64,000 nucleotides of DNA from Nannocystales bacterium. Its GTDB lineage: Bacteria > Myxococcota_A > Polyangia > Nannocystales > Nannocystaceae. The notes beneath the pieces are model-generated. The model ran no database searches. It saw nothing but the letters and a program-made list of their open reading frames with translations, and was not told the DNA's origin. The translations under genes and the position numbers were made by a program. The DNA is taken from NCBI GenBank assembly GCA_050633305.1, contig JBOEGF010000001.1, forward strand, positions 128,001-192,000, written 5' to 3'. This document shows, piece by piece, positions 54,753 to 64,000 of the stretch. The number at the start of each line of letters is the position of its first letter. Within the stretch, counting starts at the first letter, position 1.

Positions 54753-55523
54753 TCAGCTGCCGTCGCCTTCGCCTTCACCGACGGTCGCGTCCAGCACCGT
54801 GAGTGTGTGGTCGTCGAGGAGGACCTGACCGTCCGAGGTGGCCAGCTCTGCGTGTACGATCGCTTCGCGACCGGCGAGCTCGGCGGGGGCGTACGTCTTG
54901 GGGATGACCAGCCACACCGAGATGAACTCGTAGTCCACCCCCTCCTCGTCGGAGAGCGAGAACGGTACGGGGTAGTCGAGGTACGCGGCGAAGTGCCCCG
55001 AGGGGTGGTCCGACGGAATGCCTTCGATGTCGGTCCAGACCGACAACACCGGGGTGTCGGGATGATCGAAGTCAAACGGATCCGCAGGAACAGGGAAGCC
55101 GCTTCCTCTCAATGGGAGCGAGAACATCATGAATCCCTGGGGCCCGAGCGTGAGCGGAAGCTCGTCCTCGAACGGGAAGAACTCGTCCAGCCCGTGGCCG
55201 ATCTCAATCCAGCCGTTCTCGGTCGTCCCCGTGTCGGACCCGCTCTCGGAAGCCGTCGGATCTGTCGTCGTGGGGCTGTCGGTCGGGTCGGTCGTCGGGT
55301 TGGTGGGACCGCTGTCGCTCGCGGTCGTCGTTGAGGACGCTGAACTCGTTGCTGTGGTCGCGGTGTCGGCCGACGTCGTGGCCGGTCCACCGGTCGACCC
55401 GTCCTCGCCGGTCGCATCCGCGCCACCCGAACCCTCCGTAGCAGGCGTGCTGTCGCACCCCGCGGCGATCGCGAGTCCCACCGCGATCGCAACACGTCCC
55501 AAGCCCCGAAACCTCCAAACCAT
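54753..55523 (-). CDS. Hypothetical lipoprotein with long S/T linker
   Basis: Lipobox AAGC; Thr/Ser-rich stalk; C-terminal domain containing GPQG. Confidence 0.7.
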   Translation of the reverse strand: MVWRFRGLGRVAIAVGLAIAAGCDSTPATEGSGGADATGEDGSTGGPATTSADTATTATSSASSTTTASDSGPTNPTTDPTDSPTTTDPTASESGSDTGTTENGWIEIGHGLDEFFPFEDELPLTLGPQGFMMFSLPLRGSGFPVPADPFDFDHPDTPVLSVWTDIEGIPSDHPSGHFAAYLDYPVPFSLSDEEGVDYEFISVWLVIPKTYAPAELAGREAIVHAELATSDGQVLLDDHTLTVLDATVGEGEGDGS

Positions 55524-55583
55524 GCAGGGAGCATGCGGGCCGGTGGGCTCCGACGCAAATCGCAGCTGCTAGACTTGCGCAGG

Positions 55584-56972
55584 ATGCGACGGATCATCGC
55601 AGCCGCGGGCGCCGTCTGCCTTGGCGGCCTTGGATGTGCTCGGTTGAACCCGGAGTTCGCATCCGGGCAGAGCGCCGCCGAGAGTGCGCAGACCTCCAGC
55701 GGGTCGAGCCGCGGCGGGTCCGAGACCGACGCCAACGACCTATCGAGTGCGGCTTCGGCGAGCGCGTCTGACTCCACGGGCGATGAGACCGGTACGGGTC
55801 CGGGTCCCCACGTCTGTGGGAACGGTGACCGCGAGCCCGGAGAGGAGTGCGACGACGGCAACCTCGACTGGGGTGATGGGTGCGACGAGTACTGCGAGCG
55901 CGAGCCCTACTTCGAGTGGGTCCATGAGTTGGACTTCGAGGATGGCATCGCGCAGCGGTTCAACGACGTCGCCCTGGTCGGTGACGTGGTCGTCGCTGCC
56001 GGTCGAGGGGAAGACGTGGCGTCCCCGGAACACCTGGTGCGGCTCGTCTCGCTGGCGACCGAAGATGGCAGCGTACTGGATGAGCTGACGATCGGTGCGG
56101 GCGCTGGTATCGGGGGCGAGGCTCGGGGCGTCGCGGCGCGAGGGGCCGAGGTCTATTTTGCGGGGCGAAGCAACGAGCCGGGGGTCAGCGCGGTCGTGGG
56201 GATGACCGAGCTGGACGGGACCGGGGCGTTCGGAGCCCCGATGGACTTCCAGACCATGGGCACCCGCTCCAAGGGCATCGCGTTTCAGGGCTCGGGGGTG
56301 CTGGTCACCAACGGCCAGTACAACGCCGACGGGTTCGGTCTCGCGAGCTGCAGCGTTGCCCGAGGGTGCACAGGGTGGGTGAGCGACGAGCAGGGCAGCC
56401 AGCTCGATGCGGTGGCGACCTCCGGCGAGGAGATCTTCGTCGCCGGGTTGCGCGGGGGGTCGCCGCACATCTTCGAGGTCGTGGACCCGACGCACGAGGA
56501 CGGCTTGCTCCCGGTCTTCGACGACCTCCGGCCAGGCCGATTTCAGGCGCTCGCCATCCGCGGAGACACCCTCTACGCCGCGGGAAGCGTGGTCACCGAT
56601 GGCGACGAGGACGCGTGGGTCGTCGCGTATTCCCTGTCCAAGGCCGACCTCGTGTGGGAGGAACGGGTCGACGGTGGCTCGATGCTCGACGACGAGTTCG
56701 AAGACTTGGCGCTCACCGACGACGGCAGCCTTGTCGTCGTCGGAATGCTCGGTACGCCGCCGGTTCCCGTTGTGTTCGAGTACGGCCCACAAGGTGCGCC
56801 GAGATGGGGCTTGTCCTCGGCACCGGGACCCGGCGTCGACTCGGGCCACGCTCGGGGCGTTGCGGTGGACGGCGAGGCGATCTACGTGGCCGGGGAGTGG
56901 CGGGAGACGTACTCTCCGGGCGACGGCGCCGAGGGCACAAGCGTGGGCTTCGTCGCGAAGATCTTCCGCTAG
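55584..56972 (+). CDS. DUF4215-like Cys repeat + beta-propeller lipoprotein
   Basis: Lipobox GLGC; CGNGDREPGEECDDGN..GDGC..YC; repeated xxVAxxGxxVYVAG blades. Confidence 0.75.
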   Translation: MRRIIAAAGAVCLGGLGCARLNPEFASGQSAAESAQTSSGSSRGGSETDANDLSSAASASASDSTGDETGTGPGPHVCGNGDREPGEECDDGNLDWGDGCDEYCEREPYFEWVHELDFEDGIAQRFNDVALVGDVVVAAGRGEDVASPEHLVRLVSLATEDGSVLDELTIGAGAGIGGEARGVAARGAEVYFAGRSNEPGVSAVVGMTELDGTGAFGAPMDFQTMGTRSKGIAFQGSGVLVTNGQYNADGFGLASCSVARGCTGWVSDEQGSQLDAVATSGEEIFVAGLRGGSPHIFEVVDPTHEDGLLPVFDDLRPGRFQALAIRGDTLYAAGSVVTDGDEDAWVVAYSLSKADLVWEERVDGGSMLDDEFEDLALTDDGSLVVVGMLGTPPVPVVFEYGPQGAPRWGLSSAPGPGVDSGHARGVAVDGEAIYVAGEWRETYSPGDGAEGTSVGFVAKIFR

Positions 56973-57037
56973 CCTGCTTCCACCGCCTCGGAGGTCCCGA
57001 TGGCCGCTGGGAGACATCCAAGGGTGCAGAAAAGCAA

Positions 57038-57067
57038 AGCCCCACGATGGCGAACCATCGTGGGGCT
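57038..57067 (-). terminator. Terminator downstream of tRNA-His
   Basis: Perfect 13-bp stem agccccacgatgg/ccatcgtggggct with a 4-nt loop, followed by a T-rich run on the minus strand. Confidence 0.85.
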
Positions 57068-57070
57068 GAG

Positions 57071-57145
57071 GGCGGGCGACGGGTCTTGAACCCGCGACCT
57101 CTGGTACCACAAACCAGCGCTCTAACCAGCTGAGCTACGCCCGCC
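57071..57145 (-). tRNA. tRNA-His (GTG)
   Basis: G(-1)GCGGGCG TA GCTCAGCTGGTTAGAGC G CTGGT TTGTGGT ACCAG AGGTC GCGGG TTCAAGA CCCGT CGCCCGC C. Complete cloverleaf with G-1:C73; CCA not encoded. Confidence 0.97.
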
Positions 57146-57274
57146 GCGAGGGAGCGGCTATGTAGCACGAGGGGGCGGGGAAAGCCAAACGGATTTTGCG
57201 CTCCCCCCTCGCGCAGGACCCGCAGCCCGGCGGGAGGCGTGGAGGTTTGGGCGCGGTCGTGGCAGCGTCGGGCC

Positions 57275-57637
57275 GTGCCCTCGCAGCCATCCAAGTCGCT
57301 GGAGACGTTCCCCAATCCGAAACCGGAGCGGGACTTCGAGATTCGGTTCAACTGCCCGGAGTTCACGTGCGTGTGTCCCAAGACCGGGCAGCCCGACTTC
57401 GCCACGATCCGCATCAACTACGTGCCGGACCAGACCTGTGTCGAGCTCAAGAGCTTGAAGCTGTACCTGTGGTCCTACCGAGATGAAGGCGCGTTCCATG
57501 AGGCCGTCACCAACCAGATCCTCGATGACCTCGTCGCGGCGACTCAGCCGCGCAAGATGACCGTGGAGGGGGACTTCTGGGTCCGCGGTGGGATCGGAAC
57601 CGTGATCGTGGCGAGCTACACCCAGGACGACGCATGA
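57275..57637 (+). CDS. queF: NADPH-dependent preQ0 nitrile reductase (unimodular QueF)
   Basis: [30 protein letters not shown] (QueF motif), FHE, RGGI. Confidence 0.95.
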   Translation: MPSQPSKSLETFPNPKPERDFEIRFNCPEFTCVCPKTGQPDFATIRINYVPDQTCVELKSLKLYLWSYRDEGAFHEAVTNQILDDLVAATQPRKMTVEGDFWVRGGIGTVIVASYTQDDA

Positions 57638-59145
57638 GTGAGGCGCCGCTGCAAGGTTCGGCGAGCGTGGCTGGGACTCGGCGCGGAGCCGACAGCTTCG
57701 GGGCAGGCGCTCGTGTGCTGGGTCGAACTGGGTTGACCGTCTCGCCGGTGAGCTTTGGGGCGGCTCGCGTTCGGGACGACGCACCGCTCCATCGGCGGGC
57801 GCTGGCGGATGCGCTCCGCGGGGGCGTCAACCTGATCGATACGAGCGCCCACGCGACCGGCGGGAGCAGCGAGCGCTTGGTCGGCCGCATGCTCGCGAAT
57901 CTCGTGCAGCACGGCGAGCTCCGACGCGAACAGGTCGTGGTGATCACCCGGGTCGGTCAAGCTCGCGGGGCCGATCTCGCGACCTTGTGCGCCGCTGCCC
58001 CCGATGACGAACTCGTCGAGCTCGGCGAAGACCGGGGGCATTGCATTCATCCCGACTTCCTCCGTGCGCAGCTCGACCAGTCGCTCGAGCGCCTGGGTCT
58101 GCAGCGACTCGATGTCGTGCTGCTGCACGATCCGGAGTTGTTTACGGTCGATGCGACGTTCACCGTTGAGGCGCTGGAGGACCGGTTGCGCCGTGCATTC
58201 GAAGCCCTGGAAGGATGGGTGGAGGAGGGGCGAATCGGCGCGTACGGGGTGAGCAGCAACGGCTTTGCGGAGCCGGTTGACTCCCCTCGATCGACCTCCG
58301 TGGCACGCATGGTGGAGCTCGCGGCCGAGGTCGCGGGAGACGGCCACCACTTCAGCGTGGCTCGAATGCCGCTCAACCTCTTCGAGTTGGGTGCACTCCA
58401 GCCTCGTGCGGGCGCGCCATCCAACCTCGATGCCGCAGCGGCCGCGGACATCGGCGTGCTCACACACCGCTCCCTCGAAGCGCTCGTCGAGCGCGGCGAG
58501 GAAACGTCGTTGGTCCGGCTGGCGGACGTGCCCGAGGCGGGTGGGGACCTCGACGTTGCAGCGGGTGTGCTCGCAAGGGTTCGCAAGCTCGAAGCGGAGT
58601 GGGCGATGGGGTTGGGCCAGCAGCTGATGGTCGGGCCCGGAGAGAACGCGGTCGACTTGTTCCGCTGGGGGCAAGAGCTGGCGCCTCGGTTGTCGTCGAT
58701 GGGCCTGGAACAGTGGACGCGGCTTCGGCACGACGTCATCGCGACGCACCTGGGACGCACGAGTGCCGCGCTTCTTGCAGCACTCGAGGGAGAGACTCGC
58801 AGCGCGTTCTCTGCGTGGTGGGAACGATACGGGACGACCCTGCACGAGGCATTCGAGGCGATCGAGGCGGCGCTCCGTTCGGCCCGTCGCGATCTCGCCC
58901 GCCGCGTCTGTACCGCTTTGGACCCCCAGCTCCCGGCTCCGTGGCGCGCCCTCCCGTTGTCGAACAAGGCGATCCTCAGCGCGTTGTCTGCCCCGGTCTC
59001 GACCGTCGCGGTGGGCATGCGTCAGCCCGGCTATGTGCACGACGTCTTGAGCTTGCGGGAACATCCGGTCCGCCTGTTGGGGGCGTCGGCGGGCCCGCTC
59101 GACTTCGTCGCCGTGCGGGAAGCCATGGATACGGTGACCGCATGA
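57634..59145 (+). CDS. Aldo/keto reductase-fold protein, probably non-catalytic
   Basis: [55 protein letters not shown]. Catalytic Tyr and Lys positions are altered. Confidence 0.8.
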   Translation: MSEAPLQGSASVAGTRRGADSFGAGARVLGRTGLTVSPVSFGAARVRDDAPLHRRALADALRGGVNLIDTSAHATGGSSERLVGRMLANLVQHGELRREQVVVITRVGQARGADLATLCAAAPDDELVELGEDRGHCIHPDFLRAQLDQSLERLGLQRLDVVLLHDPELFTVDATFTVEALEDRLRRAFEALEGWVEEGRIGAYGVSSNGFAEPVDSPRSTSVARMVELAAEVAGDGHHFSVARMPLNLFELGALQPRAGAPSNLDAAAAADIGVLTHRSLEALVERGEETSLVRLADVPEAGGDLDVAAGVLARVRKLEAEWAMGLGQQLMVGPGENAVDLFRWGQELAPRLSSMGLEQWTRLRHDVIATHLGRTSAALLAALEGETRSAFSAWWERYGTTLHEAFEAIEAALRSARRDLARRVCTALDPQLPAPWRALPLSNKAILSALSAPVSTVAVGMRQPGYVHDVLSLREHPVRLLGASAGPLDFVAVREAMDTVTA

Positions 59146-59204
59146 GCGTTCGGATCCATTGACCCTCGGCGCGGACGCGGGCTACGGTCGCCCCGAGAGA
59201 TCCG

Positions 59205-60587
59205 ATGTTCTCCGCGCTCGCATCCACCTTTGCTCAGGTCGCGCTCGCGGCCTTCTTGTCGTTCGCCGACCCCCTGTCCTTCGAGTACTCGGGGCAGACC
59301 GATAGCAACGGGAAGGCCTTCTTGGTGGTCAAAGCCAACCAGCCGATCGACGATGTACAGGTTGTGATCAGCGGCGATGGCCAGACCGTCAAAAAGTCGC
59401 TGGGGTCGATGAAGTCCGGGCAGACGGCCAAGGTGGTCTGGAAGCAGGGCTCCAGCCGCGCGAAATATCAGCTCGACGTCGAAGGAGAGGGCGTGGAGGC
59501 CAACTTTGCGTTCGAGATCGTCAAGGCGGTCGCGGGCAAGAAATCCGGCGGAAAACTCGGCCAGTTCAAGGTCCGCAGCAGTCGCGAGGACGTGATCAAG
59601 CGAAACACCGCCGAGTTCGAGACCACGTTCGACCTCACCTCGTACGAGTACAAGATCTACGACTCGGATGGCGAGGTCATGGATGCCCAGACCGTCCCCG
59701 AGGGGGTCAAGGCGGGCGAGGCCATCACCATCAAATGGGCGACCGCCGGCGAGGTGTTCATGATCTTCGTCCGTGGAGAGGACGAGTTCGGTCGTTTCAC
59801 CGAGTACAAGCTCGTGCCCTGGGCGGTCGAAATCCCGCACACCGAGATCAACTTCGACAGCGGCAAGTTCGACGTCAAGACCGACGAGGCGGCCAAGCTC
59901 GACGAGGCCCTCGCTGTCGCATTTCACGAGTTGGTCGCCTTGGACAAGGTCAACAAGGCCGTCGGTGCCAACCTCACGCCCAAGCTCTACATCGTGGGTT
60001 ACACCGACACGGTCGGCGGAGCCAGCGGCAACCAGAAACTCTCGAACAGTCGGTCGAAGGCGATCGCCGAGTACTTCCGCGACCGCGGGTTCTGGGCAGA
60101 GATTCACTATGCGGGAATGGGCGAGCGCGGGCTTCGGGTGGAGACGGGAGACGGGGTTGACGAGGTCCGGAACCGCCGAGCGCTGTATCTGCTGGGCGTC
60201 CAGCAGCCGGCAGGCGGCGGACAGATCCCGACTCGCTGGGCCCGGCTGATCGGCCAGCGGACGCAGCCCGCGGGGTTCGTGTTGCCCGAGCTCCCGGAGC
60301 GGTGGAAGAACTACCGCGAAGATCGGCAAGCGGAAGCCGCCTCTCAGAGCGAAGCCGAGGTCACGCCGGACGAAGGCGGGGATGGGTTGCCGAGCCGTTC
60401 GAGCGACGGCCTGATCGGTGAGACGGGGGACGAAACGCCAGAGTTCGAGTCCGGGGACGAGAATCCGCCCGAGATCGAAGGGGAGCCCGGCGCAACCAAG
60501 AAAGGCTGTTCCGTCTCCGGCGACGCCCCGCCAGCGCTGGGACTGCTGGTCCTGTTCGCGCTGGGCATGATGCGCCGACGGGACTAG
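59205..60587 (+). CDS. OmpA-domain protein with MYXO-CTERM tail
   Basis: INFDSGK, IVGYTDTVG...NQKLSNSRSKAI, GMGE, NRRA. C-terminus KKGCSV...LGLLVLFALGMMRRRD. Confidence 0.85.
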   Translation: MFSALASTFAQVALAAFLSFADPLSFEYSGQTDSNGKAFLVVKANQPIDDVQVVISGDGQTVKKSLGSMKSGQTAKVVWKQGSSRAKYQLDVEGEGVEANFAFEIVKAVAGKKSGGKLGQFKVRSSREDVIKRNTAEFETTFDLTSYEYKIYDSDGEVMDAQTVPEGVKAGEAITIKWATAGEVFMIFVRGEDEFGRFTEYKLVPWAVEIPHTEINFDSGKFDVKTDEAAKLDEALAVAFHELVALDKVNKAVGANLTPKLYIVGYTDTVGGASGNQKLSNSRSKAIAEYFRDRGFWAEIHYAGMGERGLRVETGDGVDEVRNRRALYLLGVQQPAGGGQIPTRWARLIGQRTQPAGFVLPELPERWKNYREDRQAEAASQSEAEVTPDEGGDGLPSRSSDGLIGETGDETPEFESGDENPPEIEGEPGATKKGCSVSGDAPPALGLLVLFALGMMRRRD

Positions 60588-60681
60588 CCGACGGAGCAAG
60601 AGGTTTGTGTCCGGGAAGGCGGCCGATTCGTGGTGATGACCGCCACGGGCGGAGTCCGCCATTCGCGCGTAGTCTGTCTCC

Positions 60682-61464
60682 ATGAACTATCGGTTGGGGT
60701 TGTTGGGGGTGTTGGTGGTCCTTCCTTCGGTCGGTTGTGGAGAGGAGCCGCAGCCAGACGAGGTCGAGATCAACCTCGAGACTGTCGAGCGCGCCTTCGA
60801 ACCGCTCGAATACGACAGCGGATGGGTGGAGGTGGCCACCGGCATCTCGGTCCAGCTGGTGGCGTCGCTGGAGACCGAAGTGGAGCAGACGGCCACCGTG
60901 CTGGCTCGGGGCGCCGAGCTCGAGCCGCAGCCGGACAGTGGGACGTTCCTGATCCGCGGCACGCTCGACATCGAGCTGTTCGCCGACGTGGACTCGAACG
61001 GTCAGGTTTTCCAGGGCTCGCTGGGGACGTCTTCAGTGTCGGTCGAGTCGGAGCTGGCCACCTACGACCCCTTCCTGATCATGGAGTCGATCGTACCGCT
61101 GCTGAACACCCAGCAGCCCGGAGACGCCACGTTCAAGGAGGGGTTGCTGTCCTACCGGGTGCAGAACGGGTTTCGGATCTTGCCGACGTTGGAGGGCGTG
61201 TGTGTGGCGGTCGACGAGGATCGCGAGGTCATGCAGTACGTCAACGAGCTGGCATGGGAGGTCGAGTACGGCCCCAGCATCTGGGTTGGGCTCGACACGC
61301 CGTTGGGCGCACCGAGCCGGCTCGGTGAGGCTGGCATCACATTCTCGGCCGAGCTCACACCTCCGCGTCAGTTCGACCTTGGCACTCACGCGCTGGACAA
61401 CGGAGCTGCGGTTGACGGTGTGGGGCCCTGCGGAGCGGTCGTGGACGGCGAACTCGTGGAGTGA
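60682..61464 (+). CDS. Hypothetical lipoprotein
   Basis: Lipobox SVGC; beta-rich; TAGTCT box 6 nt before the ATG. Confidence 0.7.
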   Translation: MNYRLGLLGVLVVLPSVGCGEEPQPDEVEINLETVERAFEPLEYDSGWVEVATGISVQLVASLETEVEQTATVLARGAELEPQPDSGTFLIRGTLDIELFADVDSNGQVFQGSLGTSSVSVESELATYDPFLIMESIVPLLNTQQPGDATFKEGLLSYRVQNGFRILPTLEGVCVAVDEDREVMQYVNELAWEVEYGPSIWVGLDTPLGAPSRLGEAGITFSAELTPPRQFDLGTHALDNGAAVDGVGPCGAVVDGELVE

Positions 61465-61482
61465 GCCTCCGGACGCTGGGCG

Positions 61483-63045
61483 CTACTGCTCCAATCCGTG
61501 GGGCCACGTCTGCACGCTTGCGCGGAGCGTCGCCAAGGTCGTTTCGACCGGCTTGGAGGTATCGAGCACAACGTGTTCGTCGACAGGGAGTTCGTCGATG
61601 CTCTCCCACTTGGCGACGAAGTCATCGAAGATCTCCAACCGGCCGTCGCTGACCGAGGCTCGTTTTGCGCGCTCGTGCAGCCGATCCTTGGCGATTGCGT
61701 AGTCGATACGGCACTCGACCAGGCGGAACGGAACCCCGTGCTGCGCCGCAAGCTCCCGAGCCCGTCCTCGGAGCGCTCGGCTTCGGAAAGAAGCGTCGAC
61801 GATGACCGGTCGGCCCGAACGGAGCACAACACCGCCGCGGCGGAACACTTCGGCATAGACCTCCTCGGTGAACTTGGGGTCGTAGGCGCCCTGCCAGGAC
61901 CCATCGTGCACGGGCTGCGTCGCTCGAACCCCGATCATCTGCTTTCGGGTCCGGTCGGCGTCGACCACCGGGGCGCTCATCTCTTGGCTCAGACGGCCGC
62001 TGATCGTGCTCTTCCCGCTGGCGATGACGCCACCGACAGCGACGACACAAGGGCCCAGCAGTGCCTGCCGACCGGAGGCGAGCGCGAGCATCAAGCAGCG
62101 GCGAGCCGACGCGATGGCGCGAGAACGGTGGACCGAATCCACGCTGAGGTCGTCGGCAACAAATGATGCGATCTTGCCGCGGACGAACGCTCGGTACCCT
62201 TCGTAGAAATCCAGGACCTCGTACAGGTCGAAGTCGCCGCTGGCCTTGGCGTACTCGGCGACCAAGTGCTCGCTCAGCTCCACGTGCCCGTGCGCGCTGA
62301 GATCCATGGCGAGGAAAGCCAGGTCCGAGGCGACGTCCGCGTAGCGGAATCGATCGTTGAACTCGATGCAGTCCAGCACGGTGATGGAACCGTCGTCGCC
62401 CAAGTAGACGTGCTCGAGGCGGAGGTCGCCGTGTCCATCCCGGACCCGGCCCGCTTCGATGCGGGCGTCGAACCGCTCCGCTCGTCGCTGTACGGAGGTC
62501 AGTTGTGCTTCGGTGAGTTCGAGGATCTGAGACTCGCTCAGGTAGCGGCGCAGAGGGGTCTGGGCGAAGTTCTCCCGGACGTTGGTGGCGATCGCATCGG
62601 CGGTGCCGAACGCCGAGGTCTCTGCATCACTGCGCGCTTGGGCATGAAACTCGGCCAGGCGCTCTGCGATACGGGTGATGTCGGAGGGGTTCAGCCGGCC
62701 CTGAGCCAGGCGAATGTCCGCGCGATCGCTGTCGTCGAGTCGGCGCATGTGGACGGCCCACTCGACGACCTCTCCGTCGCCTTCGAGGCTGAGTCGTTCT
62801 CCGTCACGTCGAACGGGGACAACACCGAGGTAGACGTCGGATGCGAGCCTGCGGTTGAGTTCGACCTCGCGCTCACAGGCGGCCTTGCGTCGCGCCAGGG
62901 TGGAGAAATCGAGGAAGCCGAGTTCGACCGGCTTCTTGATCTTGAGGACGTCGGTCTCCCGGAGCAACACCCAGGAGATGTGCGTCTCAAGAAGCTCCAC
63001 CGACTCTGAGGTGAGGTCGCGAAGGATGTCGTCGCGGGTGATCAC
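61483..63045 (-). CDS. Bifunctional APH-like kinase / AAA_33 P-loop protein (Rv2004c-like)
   Basis: ETHISW, KIKKPV..GFLDF, RDGHGDLRLEH, DCIEFN; Walker A GVIASGKST; DASF; SDG. Confidence 0.9.
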   Translation of the reverse strand: MITRDDILRDLTSESVELLETHISWVLLRETDVLKIKKPVELGFLDFSTLARRKAACEREVELNRRLASDVYLGVVPVRRDGERLSLEGDGEVVEWAVHMRRLDDSDRADIRLAQGRLNPSDITRIAERLAEFHAQARSDAETSAFGTADAIATNVRENFAQTPLRRYLSESQILELTEAQLTSVQRRAERFDARIEAGRVRDGHGDLRLEHVYLGDDGSITVLDCIEFNDRFRYADVASDLAFLAMDLSAHGHVELSEHLVAEYAKASGDFDLYEVLDFYEGYRAFVRGKIASFVADDLSVDSVHRSRAIASARRCLMLALASGRQALLGPCVVAVGGVIASGKSTISGRLSQEMSAPVVDADRTRKQMIGVRATQPVHDGSWQGAYDPKFTEEVYAEVFRRGGVVLRSGRPVIVDASFRSRALRGRARELAAQHGVPFRLVECRIDYAIAKDRLHERAKRASVSDGRLEIFDDFVAKWESIDELPVDEHVVLDTSKPVETTLATLRASVQTWPHGLEQ

Positions 63046-63181
63046 GACGCGAGCCTACCCGGATGGCGTCGGTGCGGGGTGCGGGGTGACGCAACACCGA
63101 GGTGAGGTCAGGGGCCCCGCGTGTTCGCAGGGGGATCCTCCCGAGAGGGAGGCAGGATGAGCTTGGGGAGCCGCCGAACCT

Positions 63182-63880
63182 TCACGCCGCGACGTCTTTG
63201 GGAAACTTCCGGACCCGCCACAGGTGTCGAACGCCGCCACGCACCGTGCGCGGCATCCGGGTGAAGTAGCGCATGGCCGAGGGAACGGTGCCGAAGGTGC
63301 GCTCGACCTCCTCGAACTTGCCTTCGATGTTCTCGCGTCGCAGCGGGCTCACCTGTGGGTTGCGTCGGTACTCGGCCAGGTGGTCCAGGAGGCGTGCGTG
63401 ATACTCGGGGTCCTCGACGATGGCGCGGATCGACTCCGCGCGAGGGTGGGTGCCGTCGAGGATGGTCTTGATCTGCCGCTCCATCTCGTCGAGGCCGTCC
63501 TCGAACGAGGCGAGCAGCTGAAAGTCGTAGTGCGGGTTGGCGTGCACCACCTGCATAACGTGGCCGATGATGGCGTCGCGGGTGCTGTTGAAGCCGGTGG
63601 GGTCGATCAGCGAGGCCGGGTCATCGAGGAATCGCAGCAGCGTGTGGAACCGGAAGTTGATGCCCTTGCCGTCGTAGTAGTCCGCCGCGGCCGGGACGAT
63701 GAAGAAGCGCAGCATGTCGAGCGCACCGACCATCCTCTGCGTTCGGTTGGGGATCTCCTCGATGTAGCCGAGCCGCTTGAGACGCTGAAGCCGTGGGAGA
63801 ACGTTCTCGTCGCGGCCGTACTCGAGCAGTGCTGTGCGAAGTTTGCGCACTTTCTCCCGAAACTCCTTCGGGCTGCCCAT
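63182..63880 (-). CDS. Hypothetical protein (start uncertain; may extend upstream)
   Basis: ORF reads like a natural protein (YYDGKGINF.FH..LRFLDDP, IGHVMQVVHANP.YD). The ATG at 63880 is my choice of start. Confidence 0.65.
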   Translation of the reverse strand: MGSPKEFREKVRKLRTALLEYGRDENVLPRLQRLKRLGYIEEIPNRTQRMVGALDMLRFFIVPAAADYYDGKGINFRFHTLLRFLDDPASLIDPTGFNSTRDAIIGHVMQVVHANPHYDFQLLASFEDGLDEMERQIKTILDGTHPRAESIRAIVEDPEYHARLLDHLAEYRRNPQVSPLRRENIEGKFEEVERTFGTVPSAMRYFTRMPRTVRGGVRHLWRVRKFPKDVAA

Positions 63881-64000
63881 GGTTTGCTTCACAAGCACCC
63901 AGGGCTCCTCGGAAAGACGGATGGGGGCTTCGTTCGCGGCGCGTTCCACTGAACTAACCCTAACGTCGCGAACGCGGTGTGCAACCCGTTGCGCACTCAA

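Noticed and set aside
56973..57145. Genomic island or prophage integrated at tRNA-His
   Set aside because: No integrase, no duplicated tRNA 3' end seen, and the native terminator is intact.
57146..57274. preQ1 riboswitch upstream of queF
   Set aside because: A hairpin (cgagggg...cccctcg) is present, but the preQ1 core and A-rich tail are not, and queF looks leaderless.
1..64000. CRISPR array, transposase, toxin-antitoxin or anti-phage genes
   Set aside because: No regularly spaced repeats or diagnostic motifs were seen by eye.

Overview
GC-rich bacterial chromosome segment that looks like Myxococcota, probably Nannocystaceae-like. This is inferred from a MYXO-CTERM tail, Myxococcus Cys-rich (CGNG) repeats, a ZnR-GYF protein and many lipoproteins with Ser/Thr/Gly/Asp-rich linkers. 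Housekeeping genes are leuS, purL, purQ, pyrE, queF, tRNA-His(GTG), an Amidase_3 amidase and an OmpR/HAMP two-component pair. These are interleaved with many surface proteins. Main points of interest: (1) two tandem ~1310-aa vWA + beta-propeller PilY1-like adhesin genes with no minor pilin genes nearby, each with its own sigma54 (-24/-12) promoter and each with the usual Ca-binding loop replaced, lying with fadL between purL and purQ; (2) an hcrCAB-type molybdoenzyme operon whose FAD subunit has the 4-hydroxybenzoyl-CoA-reductase-type [4Fe-4S] motif; (3) a TAnnnT box 6-8 nt before at least 11 start codons, suggesting widespread leaderless mRNAs; (4) tandem Cys-rich vWA lipoproteins; (5) several apparent pseudo-enzymes, including an aldo-keto reductase coupled to queF; (6) two candidate structured RNA or palindromic elements. 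I saw no CRISPR array, transposase, integrase or phage genes. All calls come from reading motifs by eye; no searches were run.
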